From Oceanispirochaeta sp. (GTDB taxonomy: Bacteria > Spirochaetota > Spirochaetia > DSM-2461): a stretch of DNA of 64,000 nucleotides. A program made the position numbers and the translations under genes. Every line of letters starts with the position of its first letter. The stretch's first letter is position 1. The stretch lies in assembly GCA_963663385.2 (NCBI GenBank), contig CAXXXD010000001.1, positions 480,001 to 544,000 on the forward strand, given 5' to 3'. The notes under the pieces are model-generated. The model was given only the letters and a program-made list of their open reading frames with translations, made no database searches and was not told the origin of the DNA. Shown in pieces: positions 31,480 through 41,036 of the stretch.

Positions 31480-33405
31480 CTATTCGACGGGGAAATCAAT
31501 TAGAAATCCCAGGCCGCTTTCCATTTGCGTGTTTATCGTGATATTGCCTTTCAGTTTCTGATTAACAAGATTGTATACGATATGGAGTCCCAAACCGGTT
31601 CCTCCTTCTCCCCGGGCTGTGGTGTAGAAGGGTTCGAATAACTTGCCGGCCGATTCCTCATTAACGCCCTGTCCGTTATCGCTATAGTTCATAAGAATGT
31701 GATTTCCCTTCCGTTTACAATCGATACTGATAGTTCCCGAATCTCTGTTTTTAAATCCGTGTTTGATGGAATTCATAATCAGGTTGGATATTATCTGGGA
31801 AATGGTTCCCGGATAAGTTGTAATCTCAAGCTCTTCGGGACAGTTTACATTTATCAGACAGGGTTTCTTTTTCAGTTCCGGATGCAGGCTCTTTATCACT
31901 TCCTGAATATAACTCTTGAGGATAAAACGTCTGATCCCCTCATCCGATTGATCTACAGCAACCTGCTTAAAAACTTTGATCTGGCTGGCTGCTCTCTCCA
32001 GATTTGTCAGAATCATCGCAGATGATTCAACTGTGGTTTCCAGATAGCTATTGAATTCCTCTTCTGTGAGATTGTCCTCCTGAAGCATTTTCTGAATCCT
32101 TCTGGTTCTATCATCCAGATAGGAGGCGGCTGTTACGGATATACCAAGAGGGGTGTTGATTTCATGGGCAACACCCGCTACCAGGCGGCCCAGGGCGGCC
32201 ATTTTTTCGGATTGTATCAACTGCTGCTGAGTTCCTTCCAGATTTACAAGGAATTCTTCCATTTTTCCGGAGCGTTCCTCCACCTGTTTTTCCAGTTCCA
32301 GGTTTATTCTCTTCAGTTCCTTTTCTGCTGCCTTCAGCTTTGTAATATCCCGCCCTTCGGGCAGAATATAGAGTATTGCGCCTTTTTCATCCAGAATGGG
32401 AGTTATAGAGAAATCTACCTGAACCAGAGCTCCATCTGCATTGTTGTGAAAAGTGTTAAAGCGGACCGTTTCGCCTCTGTTGGCCTTCTGGATGGCTGTT
32501 TTCACCTTTTCCATCTCTTCCGTTGATTGAGACCACCAGGGCGTCTCCCAGAACTTCTTTCCAATTACATCCCTTTCGTTTTTTCCAATAAGGTCAAGAG
32601 ATTTGCTGTTTGCCTGAAGAACTGTTCCAGAGGGGTCCAGAATGCCCATAAACTGGAATGTATTATTGAAAATTCCTCTGAAGAGGAATTTCGTCTTCTT
32701 TTCTTCAGACTGAATGGAGAATCTTTCTTCCTCCAGTTTCAGTGTTTTTACAGAAGTGAAACCAAGAAGAAGAATCATTATGAAAAGGATAATAGCCGTT
32801 ATGTAGAGTATTTTATCTTTTATCTCTTCATTGGCGATCTCGAATTCATCCAGATAGATTCCTGTTCCAATTATCCAATCCCATGGTTCGAAAAGAGCAA
32901 CATAGGAAATCTTTTCAAAGGATTCGCCAGTGAGCTCTCTCTTCTGCCACATATACCGGACAAACCCCTGTCCATCTGTCTTTGCAATGGTAGTCATTTC
33001 ATTGAAAAGGCGTTTCCCTGAAGGGTCTTCGTATTCTCCGACATACATACCATTGAGATTCTTCTGGTAGGGGTGATAAATCATATCCGGCCTTGTTGTC
33101 GTAATCCAGAAATATTCGTCATGGTTTTCTCCATATCGAATATTGCCAATTACCTCTATTGCCATTCCTTTGGCTTCTTCTCTTGTATATTCACCGGATT
33201 GAACCTGTTTTTCATAGTTTTCAAGAATAGAGAGTGCCGACTGGACCATTTGCTTAACATGGCTCTTCTGTTTTTCCAGCATTACAGACTGCATTGTCGG
33301 AAGGAAAATTTTAAAAAAAATCAGGAACAGGAGCAGAATGCTGATTAAAATCGGGAGGAAGAAATGGATAAACCAGGTGGTTCTATGATCTCTCATAATA
33401 TACAA
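31480..33405 (-). CDS. Membrane sensor histidine kinase (single Cache + PAS + HisKA + HATPase)
   Basis: EYFWI..HP..FVRYMW..KISY..W.WIIGTG; GVAHEINTPLG; NLIMNS..H, DNGQG, FEPFYTT, GTGLGL. Confidence 0.92.
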   Translation of the reverse strand: MYIMRDHRTTWFIHFFLPILISILLLFLIFFKIFLPTMQSVMLEKQKSHVKQMVQSALSILENYEKQVQSGEYTREEAKGMAIEVIGNIRYGENHDEYFWITTTRPDMIYHPYQKNLNGMYVGEYEDPSGKRLFNEMTTIAKTDGQGFVRYMWQKRELTGESFEKISYVALFEPWDWIIGTGIYLDEFEIANEEIKDKILYITAIILFIMILLLGFTSVKTLKLEEERFSIQSEEKKTKFLFRGIFNNTFQFMGILDPSGTVLQANSKSLDLIGKNERDVIGKKFWETPWWSQSTEEMEKVKTAIQKANRGETVRFNTFHNNADGALVQVDFSITPILDEKGAILYILPEGRDITKLKAAEKELKRINLELEKQVEERSGKMEEFLVNLEGTQQQLIQSEKMAALGRLVAGVAHEINTPLGISVTAASYLDDRTRRIQKMLQEDNLTEEEFNSYLETTVESSAMILTNLERAASQIKVFKQVAVDQSDEGIRRFILKSYIQEVIKSLHPELKKKPCLINVNCPEELEITTYPGTISQIISNLIMNSIKHGFKNRDSGTISIDCKRKGNHILMNYSDNGQGVNEESAGKLFEPFYTTARGEGGTGLGLHIVYNLVNQKLKGNITINTQMESGLGFLIDFPVE

Positions 33406-33448
33406 TTTTCCAACATGAAATCTTCCCGGTCAATCAGGAAATTATAAA

Positions 33449-34102
33449 TCAGGCGATATCCTGTCTGGAGAACTCTCCGGCATGCAGAAAAAGGGTTGCG
33501 ATTGTTTCTTTATGATCCGTATCGATTTTTAATGCATCAGAATCGAATCCCAGGCCCTGCAGGAGCTGAATAATCATCACCAGTCCCAATCCGGCTCCCT
33601 CGGTTGAATCCTCAACAATCTTATAGGCATCGGGAATGGTCTTATGATCCTTCATGGTTTCGAACTTCCTGTTGATCCGGACTTTTTCCTCTTCTGTCAG
33701 TAGGGCGTTATTACGGACCCGGATCCGCAGTTTTTCATCCTGAAGATGGAAATCTATTTTTATATAGAGCCCGGCTTTCTTCTGAATGGACTGGAACTTC
33801 TCAATTTCCTCAAAGGTATCGGCACGGAATGTTTCAAGGCCGACCTTGTACTCTTCCGGATTGTTGATATTCAGTCCCTTCTCCATAAAGTAGATCCTTT
33901 TGGCATTGGCCCTGTTGGCATTTCCCGCCAGTTCATGGAGGCAGTAGGAAACCTGGTTTACAAGGTAGGGCCTTTCAATCTCATCCAGGTAGAGTTTCAG
34001 GATGTTGTCGATATAATTTCTTTCCCTCGAAAGGTATGATACCGTTTTGATGGTGAGGGTCTTGGATTCATGAATCGCATATTCGACCAGATTGAAATTC
34101 AT
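33449..34102 (-). CDS. Stand-alone GHKL/HATPase-like protein
   Basis: ELAGNANRAN (N-box-like) and EGAGLGL (G2-box-like). Confidence 0.65.
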   Translation of the reverse strand: MNFNLVEYAIHESKTLTIKTVSYLSRERNYIDNILKLYLDEIERPYLVNQVSYCLHELAGNANRANAKRIYFMEKGLNINNPEEYKVGLETFRADTFEEIEKFQSIQKKAGLYIKIDFHLQDEKLRIRVRNNALLTEEEKVRINRKFETMKDHKTIPDAYKIVEDSTEGAGLGLVMIIQLLQGLGFDSDALKIDTDHKETIATLFLHAGEFSRQDIA

Positions 34103-34259
34103 TTTTTTGAAGATTCCTGTTAAATGGGATTTTTTTATAGTATCATCTATACCCGGAATTTCAATTGTTTTTTTTCGGGATTAATGTTTTTTAATGGAGT
34201 TAGCTTCCTATTCGGTTGTTACCGGATCAGGAGTATTTTGGATGCAGAGGAGTTCAGGG

Positions 34260-34613
34260 ATGACACTGAATGAGGTAAAGGAATATTGCCTGTCCAAACC
34301 GGGAGTCAGACCGGATTTTCCTTTCGATGAGGAAACACTTGTTTTAAAATCGGGAAGCAAAATGTTCGCTCTGGTGAATATCAACAGGACTCCGGTCAAG
34401 GTGAATTTGAAGTGTGATCCTCTTTTGTCCCAGGATTTGAGGCAGCAGTATGAAGAGGTTGAACCGGGGTACCATATGAATAAAACCCACTGGAATACTG
34501 TCCGGGTGGACGGGGCTCTTGAGGATACACTGGTCAAACAGTTGATTGATATGTCTTATGAGTTGGTGGTGAAGTCGCTGCCGAGGAAGGAGAAAGCCGG
34601 TTTATCAATATAG
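34260..34613 (+). CDS. MmcQ/YjbR family DNA-binding protein
   Basis: YCLSKPG..FPF..KMFAL..NLKCDP..PGYHMNKTHWNTV..SYELV; start re-called. Confidence 0.9.
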   Translation: MTLNEVKEYCLSKPGVRPDFPFDEETLVLKSGSKMFALVNINRTPVKVNLKCDPLLSQDLRQQYEEVEPGYHMNKTHWNTVRVDGALEDTLVKQLIDMSYELVVKSLPRKEKAGLSI

Positions 34614-34793
34614 AGTTTCCGGCTATCAGTCTTTTGCAAATTAACACAAGTATATTGGTCCAGCAGAACAGCCCTGTCATTCCGCAATGTCGATGATAAC
34701 AAGTCAACTGTCCCCCGGTTTCAGAATTGATCAATAAGACTTTGATGCCTCATATGAAACCAGGGGGAGTTGTCCCATTCTGAAAAAACGAAT

Positions 34794-37700
34794 CTAGATA
34801 AATTCCATTTTCAATGTTTTAATCTCAAATCTGTCAAACCTCAGGGATAGTGTATTTTCCTGACAGGAAAGAGGTTGTCCCGCTCTTTCAAGCATATTCG
34901 TCTCTTCAGCCTTATGAATCGGTCTATTGAACGTTATGGCAGCCAGCTGCTCCATACCTTCCGCTTCGTAAAGCCTGAAAATGAAGCTTTTATTATCCTC
35001 GGATTTTTTAATGCTTTCAACAATTACGGCAGGGTTATCCACCTCCGCCAGAGAAAACCCCTGTTCCGGAATTTCGTTCGATGATGTTTCTGTTACCGTC
35101 AGGGGCTGATTCAGATCATAGGCCGGCCGGATGACCGTCTCCGCGGAGAAGCCGTCGCAGAAGGGCAGAATAGAATAGCAGAATGTATGCTGCCCCATAT
35201 CGGATTCGGGATCCGGAGCTTTGGATGATTTCAGCAGAGTCAGGTTAAGAGAATTCTCAGAGATATCATGGCCGTATTTGCAGTCATTCAGCAGAGCCGC
35301 CCCGTAATTGCCCTCTTCAAGACAGACCCACTTATGGGCGCAGACTTCAAATTGCGCCCGATCTGATGGCAGGTTCTCATGGGTATTCCGTGTTACGTAA
35401 CCGTACTGGATTTCACATTTCGCGGTTTGGGAATGGATGTTGAGAGGAAAGGATACTTTCAGCAATTTATGACTCTCTTTCCATTCAACCCGTGTCTCGA
35501 AATCTATCCTTCTATGATGGCTGTAGAGAATCATGTCCTGAAGTAGTTCCGAATTCTGCCCTATCTCAAATCGGCTTCGGATTTTTATTAAACAGGGCCC
35601 TGTCGAAACCACACTCCATTCGAGAAGCCGCTCTTCTTTGCTCATCTTCAGCCGATAATCCTCATCTATGTCCCATGCATCCCAGTAGACGGGAACATCT
35701 TCGGCGGATAGCAACGTATTAAGGGCTTGCCCGGGAGAGACAAACTCCTTCTCCCCGGCTTTATCCTTCAAACTGATAATTCTCCCCAGCCGGTCAAGTT
35801 TGATATGGTAGTAAGGAGTTTCCAGATCGCGGTTGTCAAGGTGAAAAGGGATTTCTGCAGGTTTAGGGAGAGGGTTTATCGAATAGGCAATCCCCCCGAG
35901 AGACGGGGCTTTCGGAAATCCGCATAACAGAACGTCCCTGTCAAAAGAGATATCCCGTTGCAAAGGATAAACATTCTCACCATCGGACAAAGCCAAAGGT
36001 TCTGAATGATTTTCCAGTTCCGGAAGAGCGATTCTGGAGTTCCTGGACCAGGAGAGAGTATTATAGACCTCAATAGAACTTACTTTGACTTCGGAGGATT
36101 CCAGTTCCCTGTAACAGTTCAAAATCCGGGCTTCAAGACGGTTAAGGTCCTGTTCCAGTCCCCAGTACTCCTCTTCCGCTTCAAGATTGACTTTCCGAAT
36201 TGAAGAACCGGGTATGATATCGTGGAATTGGTTTGTCAACAGGATTTTCCAGGCATCTTCCAGAGGCTTGAATGGATAGTTAAAGGTTTCTTTCGCGTTT
36301 TTTTCAAGGAGTTTCATCACCGCAAGGGCTTCAAGTTCCCGGAGTTTGAATTCCAGTCTCCTGTTATACCTTTTCAATCTGCTCTGGTTCGTATAAGTTC
36401 CCCGATGGAGTTCAAGGTACAGTTCCCCCTGCCAGTGAGGCAGTTCGTCAGGAGTCGTAAAAATCTCTTTAAGCCCATCACTGACCTTTGACCAACTCAC
36501 CCGGGGGCATCCCTCCAGATTCGCCATTCTTCGTGCCATTTCGAGGTCGGAACGGTGAGTCCCGCCGCCTCCGTCTCCTTCTCCTACAGACATGAGAACA
36601 CTATCCTGAATCTCTTTATGCTGAACGGCTTTCCAGGTTTTATCCAGGCGTTCCGGCTCCATAATGCCATTATAGCTGATATGCAGATAGGTGGTTTTTA
36701 TTCCTGTTCCATTTATTCCCTTCCAGAGAAATGTGTCATAGGGAAACCGGGTTGTATCATTCCAGTTTATTTTACTGGTTACAAAATACTCAATTTCACA
36801 TTTTTTTAAAATCTGCGGTAACGCGGCGGAATAACCGAAAACATCGGGAAGCCATAGAGTGTCTCCCTCATAGTTCAATAATTTTCGACTGGCCTTCTTG
36901 CCAACTAAAAACTGACGAACCAGCGCCTCTCCGCCGGGGATATTGCAATCGGCCTCTACCCACATTCCTCCATTTGGTTCCCACTGTCCTTTTGCATAGG
37001 CTTTTTGAATCTTCCTGAAGATGGTCGGATACTCATTGGCAATCAATTCAAGTTGACAGGGTTGGGATTGAAGAAAAACGAATTCCGGAAACTCTTCCAT
37101 ATAACGGCACATGTTTGAAAATGTTCTGGCAGCTTTCCGAATGGTTTCGGATTTAGGCCAGAGCCAGGCATGATCGAGATGGGCATGGCCTACAGCATGA
37201 ACCCTTGGGCTTGTCGAACCGTTAATACAGGATAAGAGCGGTTGAATTCCCGAGGAAGCCTCTCTGATTTGAGAAAAAAACTCATCATCACCGGCTGTAA
37301 AGTGAATTTTCATAAGGTTTTTATAAAGCTGCGACAGGATCCTGTTTCGGCGCAGAGAATCGTCCTCAAGAGTTAATGCCAGGTTGAATAACGTACGGAC
37401 GTCATAATAAAGCCTATAGACCTCTTCATTTTTTATACAAATTCGCGAATCAGAAAATGTATTGGGATATTCGGGGACGGAATCCTTGATGGCAAGGAAA
37501 ACACGGTCTTTTTCAAATGGATGGCATCCGGGGAATTTATGCCCCCCATAGGCCTCGATATGAATTATATACTCCCGTCCCGACTGACCGCATCCGGAAA
37601 GACGAATCTTGTTATGATGAGTATTCAGGGCTCCAACGGGCTCCCGATTGATAAAAACCAGACAATCCGAATGAGGACGCGCTTCAAAAAAGACCTGCGC

Positions 37701-37934
37701 CCCTTCCGCCTCCGGAGGAAGTTGCAGGGATGTCTCGAACCAGAATGAGGACCATTCCTGTCCGTATCGATAGGGCAGTTCAATGGATTTCCACTCCAGA
37801 TCCTCAGGGACTGTCCGGTACTCCCTATCCGTTTCGGCAACACTAAAGAACGGATACCCGATCGTTTGATATTTTCTATCATCAAGAAATTCCAGATATT
37901 TCCTGATTCTACTTTCAACTTTTCGTAAAAGCAT
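34794..37934 (-). CDS. GH38 alpha-mannosidase, cytoplasmic
   Basis: GHAHLDHAWLW, GGMWVEAD, WLPDVFGYS, GDGGGG, ELYLELHRGTYT, NQFHDIIPGS; no signal peptide. Confidence 0.93.
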   Translation of the reverse strand: MLLRKVESRIRKYLEFLDDRKYQTIGYPFFSVAETDREYRTVPEDLEWKSIELPYRYGQEWSSFWFETSLQLPPEAEGAQVFFEARPHSDCLVFINREPVGALNTHHNKIRLSGCGQSGREYIIHIEAYGGHKFPGCHPFEKDRVFLAIKDSVPEYPNTFSDSRICIKNEEVYRLYYDVRTLFNLALTLEDDSLRRNRILSQLYKNLMKIHFTAGDDEFFSQIREASSGIQPLLSCINGSTSPRVHAVGHAHLDHAWLWPKSETIRKAARTFSNMCRYMEEFPEFVFLQSQPCQLELIANEYPTIFRKIQKAYAKGQWEPNGGMWVEADCNIPGGEALVRQFLVGKKASRKLLNYEGDTLWLPDVFGYSAALPQILKKCEIEYFVTSKINWNDTTRFPYDTFLWKGINGTGIKTTYLHISYNGIMEPERLDKTWKAVQHKEIQDSVLMSVGEGDGGGGTHRSDLEMARRMANLEGCPRVSWSKVSDGLKEIFTTPDELPHWQGELYLELHRGTYTNQSRLKRYNRRLEFKLRELEALAVMKLLEKNAKETFNYPFKPLEDAWKILLTNQFHDIIPGSSIRKVNLEAEEEYWGLEQDLNRLEARILNCYRELESSEVKVSSIEVYNTLSWSRNSRIALPELENHSEPLALSDGENVYPLQRDISFDRDVLLCGFPKAPSLGGIAYSINPLPKPAEIPFHLDNRDLETPYYHIKLDRLGRIISLKDKAGEKEFVSPGQALNTLLSAEDVPVYWDAWDIDEDYRLKMSKEERLLEWSVVSTGPCLIKIRSRFEIGQNSELLQDMILYSHHRRIDFETRVEWKESHKLLKVSFPLNIHSQTAKCEIQYGYVTRNTHENLPSDRAQFEVCAHKWVCLEEGNYGAALLNDCKYGHDISENSLNLTLLKSSKAPDPESDMGQHTFCYSILPFCDGFSAETVIRPAYDLNQPLTVTETSSNEIPEQGFSLAEVDNPAVIVESIKKSEDNKSFIFRLYEAEGMEQLAAITFNRPIHKAEETNMLERAGQPLSCQENTLSLRFDRFEIKTLKMEFI

Positions 37935-37969
37935 AACTTACCTCTTCCGGCACAATCTGCCTATTCGTA

Positions 37970-38014
37970 CCTGTACGTACAGGATATGATAGCTAAAAGC
38001 CTCATCCTTGTCAA
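37970..38014 (-). promoter_or_regulatory. GH38 promoter with an AraR-type operator palindrome
   Basis: TTGACA (38014-09), 17 bp, TATCAT (37991-86); perfect palindrome CCTGTACGTACAGG at 37970-83. Confidence 0.75.
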
Positions 38015-38036
38015 GAAATTCCGGGAGCTGTTAGCC

Positions 38037-39161
38037 TTATAAACTTTTTCTACGAACCGATTCGCGAATAACCATCTCCACCGGGACTTTGATGGTCTTG
38101 CTTTCCGAAGGACCCAGTTTTATACGATTCAGTATCAGGCGGGCTGCCTCGATTCCAATACGGAAGGCATCCTGCTTCACAGTTGTCAGAGGAATGTAAT
38201 AGGATGCTCCGATTTCCCTGTTATCGAATCCGAATACTGATAATTTCTCAGGTATGGCAATTCCCTCAGCTCTGGCAATTTCCATCACAACCAGAGCCAT
38301 TACATCATTCATGGCTATAACGGCTTTCTGTTCGGGACCGGAACTCAGGAATTCGGCAATAGCACGGTATTCATCAGAATTGCCTGGAAGGGGGAAATCA
38401 CCGAAAGAAAGCTCACGATTCTTTTCTCCCACAAGAATCGGATCATGGGGAGAATAGCCGTAATCCTGCATAGCCTGTTTGTATCCTCTGAATCTCTCAA
38501 AGATTGATGTTATTGATAAAATGGGTCTGCCGAGGAAATAGATATCTCTAAAGTCCTGTTTGATAAGAAATTCAACGGCATTATAGGAACCGGAAAAATT
38601 ATCGCTTAGTACAGCATCAAAATCCATACCGGGAATCATCCTGTCAAGTAAGACAATCGGGATTCCACCTTTTTGAATATTCATCAGGAATTCCGGATCA
38701 TAAATATCCTGAATGGCAGGCCATAGTAGAATTCCTTTGACTCCAAGATCCCTGAATTGCTCAATAAGTTTCTGCTCTTCCAGAACATCCTGACGGGAGT
38801 TTCCAAATACAATATTGAACCCGCTTTCTCGAGCCTCGTTCTCCACGCCGAGGAGGATTTGCTGTTGATAGGAACGTTCAAAGGTTGAGGCAATAATACC
38901 GAGGAGGTTGGAATCTTTTGCATTTCTGGCTTGAACAAAACTACCCTTACCGACGATTTTTTCTATGAGCCCCTCATTCATGGCGGCCTGAAGGGCCTGT
39001 CTGACTGTGCTCCTGCTGACCCCCAACTCTTCCTGGAATTGATTTTCCGAAGGCAGTCTATACCCTTCAATCCATCGATTTGTTTTTATAAGCCTTTCAA
39101 TCTGCTCAAACAACTGAGTATGTTTCGGAATTTTACTATTGTGATCTATCTTGATATCCAT
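38037..39161 (-). CDS. GntR-HTH/LacI-sensor regulator (AraR-like)
   Basis: LPSE..LGVSRSTVRQAL..GKGSFV plus LacI-type C-terminus (ND..A, GFDN, LTTVKQ). Confidence 0.9.
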   Translation of the reverse strand: MDIKIDHNSKIPKHTQLFEQIERLIKTNRWIEGYRLPSENQFQEELGVSRSTVRQALQAAMNEGLIEKIVGKGSFVQARNAKDSNLLGIIASTFERSYQQQILLGVENEARESGFNIVFGNSRQDVLEEQKLIEQFRDLGVKGILLWPAIQDIYDPEFLMNIQKGGIPIVLLDRMIPGMDFDAVLSDNFSGSYNAVEFLIKQDFRDIYFLGRPILSITSIFERFRGYKQAMQDYGYSPHDPILVGEKNRELSFGDFPLPGNSDEYRAIAEFLSSGPEQKAVIAMNDVMALVVMEIARAEGIAIPEKLSVFGFDNREIGASYYIPLTTVKQDAFRIGIEAARLILNRIKLGPSESKTIKVPVEMVIRESVRRKSL

Positions 39162-39433
39162 ATTCTACCTATACCTACTACTACCTACAAGAGAGTAAAA
39201 TTGTAACTAGAAAGCCTGCAATACGCAAGTAATGTTCTGTTCCTTATCCCAGATAGCTGACCGGTATGTTTTTTGAGCCGGTGGTTGAATCTCTATCAAT
39301 TTGCTAACCAGCAGACAGGTTTTCCGGCTTTACATATTAACCATACAACTTCCGTCTGTTTGAATGCCGATTTGTATTGCAAGATTCTTTATCGGTGCTA
39401 GACTGGGACAAAACAAACAAATTGGAGGATTTT

Positions 39434-40399
39434 ATGAAGAAAGTTGTTTTGTCTATGCTGATCGGAATGTTCCTGAGCATGGGAGTCTACGCAAACGGAC
39501 AGAGCGAGAGCACGGATGTTGAAGCATGGCCCGAAGGTCCCGTTACCATCGTATGCCCCTGGGCGGTCGGAGGAGTTGCCGACATGGTCAACAGAAAAGC
39601 CGCAAGCTTCGGACCTGATTATCTGGGTGTTCCCGTACTGGCGACCAACGAACTGGGAGCCGGAGGAAATGTCGCTTTGACCAACTATCTGAAGAATCAG
39701 CCCAATTCAGATACCCTGATCTTCGGAGCAGAAGGAGCTTTCTCCATCGCCCCCAACATCGACGGTTCCGATGCTCTGCACTTCAGCTATGACGATTATG
39801 AACCTATTATCAACTTGTACTCATCTATCTTTGTTATGACGGCCGATGCCAAACTGGGTATCACAGATCTTGAATCTCTGAAAGCATACGGACAGAACAG
39901 GAAGGTAAAAGTAGCAGTAAACGGTATGGCCGGATCTGAAGCCTTCCTTGCCAAAGCACTGTTCGCTGAGCTGGGACTGGATCTGGAGCTTGTCAGCTAC
40001 AACGGTGCCAACCTGGCCCTGGATGCCGCTGCCAAGGGAGAAACAGCCTTTGCCATATCTCATCAGTCCCAGGCCAAGGGAAGCGTTGAGGGAGGAATCC
40101 TCAATCCCGTAGTTATGTTTGATGAAACCGGTGTAAACAACGAAGTTTTCCATAACGTTAAGGGAGTGGGAGAGTACGGTTACTCCGGATATTTCAGAAA
40201 CAGATGTTTTATCCTGGCACGTAAAGGAACCGATCCCCAGGTTATCTCCAAGGTAAAGAATGCCTACCTGGCTATTCTCAACGAGCCTGAAATGGTGGAT
40301 TTCTACAACTCACTGATGATAGAAGTGGATCCTCTGAACACCGAGAAGATCAACAAGCACATCAGCGATGTAACTGCCATCGTTAAGAACAATCAGTAA
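39434..40399 (+). CDS. tctC: Tripartite tricarboxylate transporter substrate-binding protein (TctC/Bug)
   Basis: WPEGPVTIVCPWAVGGVAD, N..GAGG, Y.G; signal peptide; start re-called to 39434. Confidence 0.85.
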   Translation: MKKVVLSMLIGMFLSMGVYANGQSESTDVEAWPEGPVTIVCPWAVGGVADMVNRKAASFGPDYLGVPVLATNELGAGGNVALTNYLKNQPNSDTLIFGAEGAFSIAPNIDGSDALHFSYDDYEPIINLYSSIFVMTADAKLGITDLESLKAYGQNRKVKVAVNGMAGSEAFLAKALFAELGLDLELVSYNGANLALDAAAKGETAFAISHQSQAKGSVEGGILNPVVMFDETGVNNEVFHNVKGVGEYGYSGYFRNRCFILARKGTDPQVISKVKNAYLAILNEPEMVDFYNSLMIEVDPLNTEKINKHISDVTAIVKNNQ

Positions 40400-40463
40400 T
40401 GTCTTGAGGTTCCGGGGCACCCCGCTTCCGGGACTGATTATCAGACTTAAAGGTAAATGTTTT

Positions 40464-41012
40464 ATGGATAAAAAAAAGTATAGCGCAGCGGCCCGGCTTG
40501 AGGATCTGCTCGATGTTATAGAAACAAAACTGGACTGCTGGGGAGATGCCCTGAAGAAGAAAAGACTCCGCCTCTATCCCGGTATAGCTGGTTCTATTCT
40601 GTTTTTGGCCCTATCGCTTCTTATCCTTCTGCTTATGCCGTCACAGGTTAAAATCAGGGAGGATCAGAACATTACGGCCCGGACTTTCCCCTCCATGATG
40701 GCTTCTATCATGCTGGGCGGCACGCTATTGAATCTGACTAAGGATGGTCTGAAACTGCTTCGGAAAGAAAATCTTCCCTCAATCGAACTGCAGCTGCATA
40801 CGGAACTTAAAGCCCTGATTCTTCTTGTAATGCTGATCATCTACGCCCTTCTGATACCCCTTATCGGTTTCAGTGCCGCTTCGGTAGTCTACGGGATTCT
40901 TATGTTGTTCTACTTCCGTATAAGAAACTGGAGATACTACCTTCTGGTTACGGCCCTTGCCTTGACCATAGGATTTCTATTCAAGAACCTGCTCCATGTC
41001 CGACTGCCCTAG
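40464..41012 (+). CDS. tctB: TTT small membrane subunit TctB
   Basis: About 4-5 TM helices, RTFP, GF..AS, C-terminal F..LL.VRLP. Confidence 0.8.
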   Translation: MDKKKYSAAARLEDLLDVIETKLDCWGDALKKKRLRLYPGIAGSILFLALSLLILLLMPSQVKIREDQNITARTFPSMMASIMLGGTLLNLTKDGLKLLRKENLPSIELQLHTELKALILLVMLIIYALLIPLIGFSAASVVYGILMLFYFRIRNWRYYLLVTALALTIGFLFKNLLHVRLP

Positions 41013-41036
41013 TGACTTTCCAATAAGGATTATGAA

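Noticed and set aside
39166..39188. CTAC/TACC micro-repeats upstream of the regulator
   Set aside because: Short low-complexity tract; on the minus strand it overlaps the purine-rich RBS region
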